Shown one piece after another: positions 1 through 6,243 of a stretch of DNA of 6,243 bases. The stretch's first letter is position 1. Each line of letters opens with the position of its first letter. Both the position numbers and the translations under genes were made by a program. The notes beneath the pieces are model-generated. The model had not been told where the DNA came from. It was given only the letters and a program-made list of their open reading frames with translations, and searched no databases. This DNA comes from Fonticula alba ATCC 38817 (lineage: Eukaryota; Protista; Nucleariida): NCBI GenBank assembly GCA_000388065.2, contig KB932204.1; one strand, given 5' to 3'.

Positions 1-2
1 GG

Positions 3-1598
<1,596 letters not shown>

Positions 1599-1943
1599 AG
1601 TAACTCGCCTGCTTTGCCGTGCGCTGTACAGCGTTCCTCTCAGACCGCTGTGGTTCGCACTCCGGACGTCAATAGACCACAGCTATTTTCCCTCTTCCCC
1701 TCCTTTTCCTCTGCTGTCGCGCGTTGTCGTCGTCGGCAGTCGGCGGCGCCCCGCCCGGGCGCGCCACACCCCCTCCTCCGCCCTCCCTTCCGCGCCGGAC
1801 TCACCCTCCCCCGATGTGCCCCCCCCCCGCTCTCTCCGCCCATTGCGCGCAGTGTACATGTCGCTCGCGCCATTTTGACATGCACACACACGCGCGCGCA
1901 CGCATGTGCAAAGGCGCGTAAAGCATCCGCGCTGTCATGTCCA

Positions 1944-1965
1944 TGTGTGTGTGTGTGTGTGTGTG
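1944..1965. repeat. (TG)11 microsatellite
   Basis: Perfect array downstream of the ARF1 stop. Confidence 0.95.
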
Positions 1966-2372
1966 TCTTGGTCTGTGTCCATGACGATACGGCGCACAGA
2001 GGCAAGGCAGAGCGAGGGCACGCGATCTGCTGCCAGCATCCGGGGAGACCATGATGCGCCGCGCTTTTTATCGGGATCTGCTGGGCAAAAGAGGGCAATG
2101 TGTTTGTGCTCGGGCTTTGCCACGTCTGTCGCCGGCCTTTCTGCTTGGACTCCTTCTCCTCCTCCTCCTCGTCCACAGCGCAGGCCAATGCGCACAGCGC
2201 GCTTTTCCTCCTGTTCTCCTCGCTTTCTCTCTCCCTCCACCGGGGACTCATCCTCCCTTTTGTTCCCCCGCGCCCCTCCCTTCCCCTGTTCCCTTGTTCC
2301 GGAGGTGGGTTGCTACTTTGGGCGATCGCGCCGGGCCGCGAATCCTGCTTCTTCCCCCCCCCCCCACCCCCC

Positions 2373-2382
2373 NNNNNNNNNN
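2373..2382. other. Assembly gap (10 N) inside a poly-C run
   Basis: The Ns are seen directly. True gap size is unknown, so the ARF1-PEX7 distance is approximate. Confidence 0.99.
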
Positions 2383-2606
2383 CCCCCCACCCCCCCATCG
2401 CGTGTGCATTTGCCTGTGTCTACGTGCATCGATCATGGTCCTTTTCATGAGGTGCTGCGCACGCCAATCGTGCCACAGGCCCGTCGCATTTCCCCCGTAT
2501 CCCCCTTGTTGTATCCCCCCTCGCCCCCTTCCCCTCCCCCACAAACACGCACGCGCATACAAAACTTGACTTCGAATTGTGGGGCATTGTTTTCTTCTCT
2601 TTCTCC

Positions 2607-2624
2607 CTCTCTCTCTCTCTCTCT
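2607..2624. repeat. (CT)9 microsatellite
   Basis: Perfect array between ARF1 and PEX7. Confidence 0.93.
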
Positions 2625-2769
2625 ACACGTCATTCTTTCATGGCCCCATGTTGTGAGCCGGCTCTTGTGGGGGGTGGGATCGGGCATCGGGTCTGGTGTG
2701 GGAGCTGTGGCCATCCTCCCCCGATCGGGCCTCTTGCCGGAGAAGCAGTGCAACGCCAGGGGCTCCCGC

Positions 2770-2783
2770 TGTATTGGTGTATT
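2770..2783 (-). promoter_or_regulatory. Tandem variant poly(A) signals AATACA x2, candidate PEX7 3' end
   Basis: Minus-strand AATACA at 2783-2778 and 2775-2770, about 150 nt after the PEX7 stop. This is a variant hexamer with no transcript support. Confidence 0.3.
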
Positions 2784-2928
2784 TTCCCCCGTGCGCGGCG
2801 CACTGTGCCCGCGATACGGGGAAAATGGGGGCTTCTTTTCCGGGGGAAAGGGAGCAGCTTCTTTGCTCTCTTCTCACGCCGGAGAAGAGGGTAAAGGGAG
2901 GGGGGGGGGGACCACTTTCTGCATATTG

Positions 2929-4632
2929 CTAGCGGCCAAGCTCCCGCATGGTGACCACCCCATCGAAGCCGCCGGACACGACGGTCACCTCGGGGCACAG
3001 CGGGCCGCCAGCGACCTTCAGCCGGCCCAAGGCCCCAGGCGGGCCGAAGTCAATGGCCGCCAAGGGTTCCCTTCCGGCTGAATACCGGTCAATGGCCTGG
3101 ACTCAAGGGAATACACGCACACACACACACACACGCACACGCACACGCACACATACACACGGGTGAGTGGCTGGCATCGACAAGGGGCCGTGGATTTCCC
3201 GGGGCCTCAGAGGGCCACCAAGAGGGGGAGGGAGAGAAAAAAGGGGAGACACAAAAGGAAGGCCCCCGATGAACGCACAATCTGCCGGTCGGCGTCCCAA
3301 ATGGTGACCGTCGCATCGTAGCTCGCACTGCCGATGAGATCGGTTGCTCCTGGGGCCGTGGGCCCCCACCAGACCACGCGTTTGATGGCCCGCGAGTGGC
3401 CAAAAAGCCGAGTCACCACGCCGGGGCCATTTCCGGCGCTGACATACTTCCAATCCATGATGGAGAGCTACCGGGGGGGGGGGGGGGCGAGGAGAGGGAA
3501 CGGGGCGTTGGCGTGAGAAAGGGAGGGAGCAGGAGAGACAGGCAGGGCGCCACCGCTGTTCGAAGGTGACGCACCGTGGCATCGGTGCCGGCGGTGCAGC
3601 AGACTGTCGGCAGTCCTTTGGCCGGGGGGGCCCAGGCCAAGTCCAAGCACTCGCCCGATGCATGGGTCGCGGCGAAGAGGACTTCATTCTGGACATCCGC
3701 CCCGCCGGGGCTGGCGGAGCGCCCATGCACGCGAGTGTCCCACAGTGCGATGCCTGTGCCGATGGTCCCGGCGAAGATGAATGGCGAGGCTGGCGACCAA
3801 AGTGCCGAGTAGACTGGGGGGAGGGCCCGGCCCGGAGGGGCAGCCATGGTCGCGAGTGCTTGCGACGCGGCGAACCGGCCCACCGCACCGGCCTCAGGCC
3901 GGAAGACATTTCGCTATCAGCAGGCGTGGGGGTGGGGAGAGGAGGGTTAGCTGGGCGGGGCATTGGCGGGCTGGGGGCAGGGTGCCTGGGAAGGTGGCAT
4001 CGGGACAGCGCACCATCTTGACAAAGCCGTCGCTCCCGGACGTGATGAGGAGCTCGGCATTCAGCGTATTCCAGCGCGTCGACAGGGCATCGCCGTCGTG
4101 CGGCTCGGCGAAGATGAGAGTTGGCCGGTCATCCTTCGCCATTTGATATTTTTTCGCCCCAACATGAACGTCGTGGGAGACGCCCATATGTATGCATGAG
4201 CGTATGTGGGTGAGAATAGACGCAGCTGCCATGTGTGTGTGTGTGTGTGTGTGTGTTTGCGCGCGCGAGAGAGAAGGAAGCCCAGCCACATGCACGCACC
4301 GACTCGTGAGTGCTGAATAGAAGAGTGGTTCCATGGCCACCGGAGGCCGAGATGAGCGATCCGGACTGGAGCGGCGACCAGGAGCAGTCAAAAAGGGGAA
4401 AGGGCGTGGCATAGCTGGGGGGATAGGGTGGGGTCAGCTTCAGTCAGGACCACCGGCATGCGGGCCAGCGACAACGCACCGGCGCATGGGGGCCAGGCGC
4501 CCCTGGTCGGACACGCCAAAAACGGTGAGCGACCCGCCGCCACTGATGCCGTAGTGCTCGCCGCCGGCCACACACAGGAGCGCCGGCGCATCGCGCGACA
4601 GGTCCATCGCGCCAGGGGCGATCGCGATCTGG

Positions 4633-4667
<35 letters not shown>

Positions 4668-4910
4668 CAAGCGTGTGCATGTCCGGGAAGAGAGAAGGCA
4701 GGGGATCAGTTGGCGGGCGAGGGGGCGACAGAGAGGGAGGAAGGGGGGAGGGGGGGGGGAGGGGACGGGGCAGCAACGCACCGACAGGGCCGAGTGTCCC
4801 TCCAGGGGAGAGGTCGTCTCGCGCAGACAGGAGAAGGGAGGCGCCAGGGGAGCTGCCGGTGCCAGGCCTGGCGCGGAAGCAGCGGCGGCCGGCATCGTGG
4901 GCGCAGACAT
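2929..4910 (-). CDS. PEX7: Divergent WD40 protein, peroxisomal PTS2 receptor PEX7; exons (minus) 4910-4782, 4628-4480, 4414-4300, 4133-4014, 3913-3575, 3467-3279, 3096-2929; 402 aa
   Basis: Exons sum to 1209 nt (402 aa + TAG at 2931-2929) with six GT..AG introns. Motifs are colinear with recalled human PEX7: LCVAGGEHYGISGGGSL (LACATAQHYGIAGCGTL), PLFDCSWS (GLFDVTWS), HDGDALSTRWN..LLITSGSDGFVKM (HAQEVYSVDWS..LVVSGSWDQTVKL), VYSALWSP (IYSTIWSP), LFGHSRAIKRVVW..LIGSASYDATVTIW (LLGHTYAIRRVKF..LASCSYDFTVRFW), REPLAAIDF (TEFTCGLDF). Start context CAAA-ATG at 4910, the same as ARF1. Confidence 0.85.
3097..3278 (-). other. PEX7 intron 6 (182 nt, phase 0, GTGCGT..CAG)
   Basis: Joins WDADRQI|AIDRYSAGREP and opens a last exon encoding a WD-like repeat (VVSGGFDGVVTMRE). 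Candidate branch CTCAC at 3167-3163. Confidence 0.82.
3113..3160. repeat. Interrupted (AC)n / (ACACGC)n microsatellite
   Basis: Alternating purine-pyrimidine array in PEX7 intron 6. Confidence 0.93.
3468..3574 (-). other. PEX7 intron 5 (107 nt, phase 0, GTGCGT..TAG)
   Basis: Joins AGTDAT|LSIMDW. Candidate branch CTCAC at 3517-3513, with a poly-C tract before the TAG. Confidence 0.88.
3914..4013 (-). other. PEX7 intron 4 (100 nt, phase 0, GTGCGC..TAG)
   Basis: Joins SDGFVKM|RNVFRP. Branch CTAAC at 3950-3946, then the first downstream AG (TAG at 3916-3914). Confidence 0.85.
4134..4299 (-). other. PEX7 intron 3 (166 nt, phase 0, GTGCGT..AAG)
   Basis: The donor is clear. The only frame-preserving AG before the next WD repeat is AAG at 4136-4134, giving LFSTHES|DDRPTLIFAEPH. 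The acceptor is atypical, with no adjacent pyrimidine tract. Confidence 0.65.
4232..4255. repeat. (TG)12 microsatellite
   Basis: Perfect array in PEX7 intron 3. Confidence 0.95.
4415..4479 (-). other. PEX7 intron 2 (65 nt, phase 2, GTGCGT..CAG)
   Basis: Joins PMR-R|YATPFPLFDCSW. Branch CTGAC at 4437-4433, and the first downstream AG is the one used. Confidence 0.88.
4629..4781 (-). other. PEX7 intron 1 (153 nt, phase 0, GTGCGT..CAG)
   Basis: Joins GHSALS|IAIAP. Removes a poly-C/(CA)15 stretch that otherwise reads as PPPP/THTHTH. Candidate branch CTGAT at 4709-4705. Confidence 0.85.
4635..4664. repeat. (GT)15 microsatellite
   Basis: Perfect array in PEX7 intron 1, ending a few nt from the acceptor. 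Confidence 0.97.
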
Positions 4911-5488
4911 TTTGGCACAGCAATCAGAAGCAGGGCCGACAGTGGGAGGGACCAGGAGGCGAGGCGAGGGTGTATAGATGGAGCTGAGTCGGGCTTGGAG
5001 CGCTGAGGGGGACGATCTTGAGTCGGAGTCGGCGGATCGCCAGTCGGCTGGATGTCTCTCTCCCTCTCCCGTTCCGCGAAGCCCAGGGGTGGAGGGGTGC
5101 TGGCAGGCGGAGCGTCGGTGGGCCTTGGGTTTGTGCGTCTCCCTCCGCGCCGCGTCGCGCCCCTCCTTTGTTTCTGTCCCAGGGCAGTGTGCGATCTCGC
5201 TCACAACACCCAGGGACTGGGCGTGAGAGGGGGAGCGAGGGGGGGATACACTGGTGGGGGTCACATTGACAAGCGAGGGGCGTCTCGGCCCGCTGACGCG
5301 CCCGACTGACCCCGGGGGAACGCTGTCGTGTCAACAAAGGCGGGGCGCTTGGGCCAAAAAAGGGAGGGGGGATGGGGCACCGCTTCGATGGCGGGCGGGC
5401 GTGTTGTGTGAAAGCTGAGACAACTCAAAAAAGTGCGTCGGCACATGACCGATCACGGTACCACATATAGGCAGGTATGGGAGTTTTG

Positions 5489-5494
5489 TTTATT
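5489..5494 (-). promoter_or_regulatory. Candidate polyadenylation signal AATAAA for the VPS20-like gene
   Basis: The only canonical AATAAA I found on either strand. It lies about 250 nt after the stop, has the correct orientation, and is followed by GT/T-rich sequence (TATATGTGG...TTTTTTGAGTTGTC). Confidence 0.55.
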
Positions 5495-5720
5495 CAGGGG
5501 CCCCGTGGGCGAGCCGAATTTCTCATGGGTAAGACAACAGCCAGGGGGCGTGCGTCCACCCCTCCCCCCCCCCCTCCTCCTTCTGGGGAGCAGGCGAGGA
5601 GGGGGGAAGGTTCACGGGAGGCGCATCGCCTCCCTTGGGGCACAGATGCTTCTTCCGGTGACTGTCTGCCGCTCCCATGCCCACCAGGGGAGTTCGGGAA
5701 TGTGTCCATGGGTTTGTGTT

Positions 5721-5741
5721 GGCGGCGGCGGCGGCGGCGGC
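5721..5741. repeat. (GGC)7 trinucleotide repeat
   Basis: Begins a few nt after the VPS20-like stop, in its 3' UTR. Confidence 0.93.
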
Positions 5742-5746
5742 TGCGG

Positions 5747-5890
5747 CTACGCAGCCACCTGCTGCCTCTTGGAGGCACTGGGGGTCTTGGCCGGGCGCGC
5801 GGAATCCGCCTCGGTCTGGTCGTCCTTCTCGTCGCTGGAGCTGGCTGTATCGTCGATCGCAGGGAGGGTGGTCCGCGGGTCTGGCGTTTC

Positions 5891-5969
<79 letters not shown>

Positions 5970-6243
5970 GGGGAGAGAGAACAGGGCGATCGATGACGCA
6001 TCAGTATCAACGCAGGCATAGGGATGATATGGCAGCATGTAGGGGCGGAGTTGAGGCGGAAAGGTGCATGTGTACCGTGCGTCGGGACAGGGGGGAGGAC
6101 CGGAAGCTCTTCGATCGATGTGGCTGGCAGGTCGGTCTGCGTGTCGGTCGGCAGCTGATGAGACTCGCCGGCCATGAGGTTGTTGAGCTCGTCCTCGAAT
6201 TCGGCATCGTCATGGTCGGCCAGATCGGTGGCCAGCATTTCCT
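5747..6243 (-). CDS. VPS20: 3' part of an ESCRT-III Snf7-family protein, most like VPS20/CHMP6 (5'-truncated by the window); exons >6243-6076 and 5880-5747
   Basis: EMLATDLADHDDAEFEDELNNL matches the acidic alpha-5 region (CHMP6 ELLAGSFTQEDEDAILEELSAI, recalled). LPVLPPVPTH matches the Vps4-binding MIM2 motif (CHMP6 IELPEVPSE). The C-terminus KRQQVAA* resembles CHMP6 RQAELVAAS. One intron, 6075-5881 (G|GTACAC..CAG), and TAG at 5749-5747. The N-terminal core is outside the window, so Snf7/CHMP4 or CHMP5 is not fully excluded. Confidence 0.7.
5881..6075 (-). other. VPS20-like gene intron (195 nt, phase 1, GTACAC..CAG)
   Basis: Contains the (CT)35 tract that reads as SLSLSL in the ORF track. 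Candidate branch TACTGAT at 6006-6000. No internal AG. Splicing gives PTH-D-PRTT. Confidence 0.8.
5894..5963. repeat. (AG)35 / (CT)35 microsatellite
   Basis: Perfect dinucleotide array inside the VPS20-like intron. Confidence 0.97.

Noticed and set aside
2051-2569. ORF with a signal-peptide-like poly-Leu (MMRRAFY...LLGLLLLLLLVHSAG)
   Set aside because: The poly-Leu comes from a (CCT)n repeat, the remainder is low complexity and crosses the N gap, and there is no family resemblance.
2630-2900. SECIS, H/ACA snoRNA, tRNA or snRNA identity for the hairpin region
   Set aside because: No in-frame TGA in the neighbouring genes, and no AUGA/GA quartet with an apical AA, H/ACA boxes, tRNA T/D loops, Sm site or U1/U2/U5/U6 signature was found.
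2638-2931. Possible stop read-through of PEX7 (TAG CAA context followed by hairpins; open frame to 2638)
   Set aside because: The context TAG CAA TAT only partly matches the CARYYA read-through motif. The roughly 96-aa extension is low complexity and ends HNMGP, with no targeting signal.
4741-4770. G-quadruplex-capable G runs (also 1-21, 2896-2910, 3473-3487, 5597-5607)
   Set aside because: These are the complement of the ubiquitous intronic/UTR poly-C tracts. Nothing distinguishes them from background, and homopolymer lengths may be misassembled.
4440-5264. PEX7 start at the upstream ORF start 5264
   Set aside because: The upstream in-frame sequence is low complexity with no WD similarity. 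ATG 4910 has the same CAAA context as ARF1 and is followed closely by the first PEX7-like strand.
5433-6038. ORFs with REREREx, SLSLSL, THTHTH or CVCVCV runs (here and elsewhere in the track)
   Set aside because: They are direct translations of dinucleotide microsatellites lying in introns or UTRs.

Overview
GC-rich, intron-rich eukaryotic DNA with many microsatellites and homopolymer runs, and a 10-N assembly gap at 2373-2382. It is not prokaryotic, so most long ORFs in the six-frame track are artefacts of GC-rich, stop-poor sequence or of read-through across introns. Hand-splicing gives three genes. (1) ARF1 on +, join(621..768,910..1300,1589..1598), 182 aa. (2) A divergent 7-exon WD40 gene on -, best read as the PTS2 receptor PEX7, 4910->2929, 402 aa, convergent with ARF1. 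(3) The 3' end of an ESCRT-III Snf7-family gene on -, most like VPS20/CHMP6, running off the right edge. The host is probably a unicellular eukaryote. Some ARF1 residues look fungus-like (a Fonticula-type holomycotan is a guess only). I found no recognisable mobile element, CRISPR array or RNA gene, and no clearly new gene system. The most notable signals are in RNA processing. All 9 introns have C at donor position +4 (GTGCGT in 6). Several introns appear to use distant branch points with microsatellite spacers. A compact three-hairpin array sits where the ARF1 and PEX7 3' ends converge. A clustered CCGACT motif lies upstream of PEX7.
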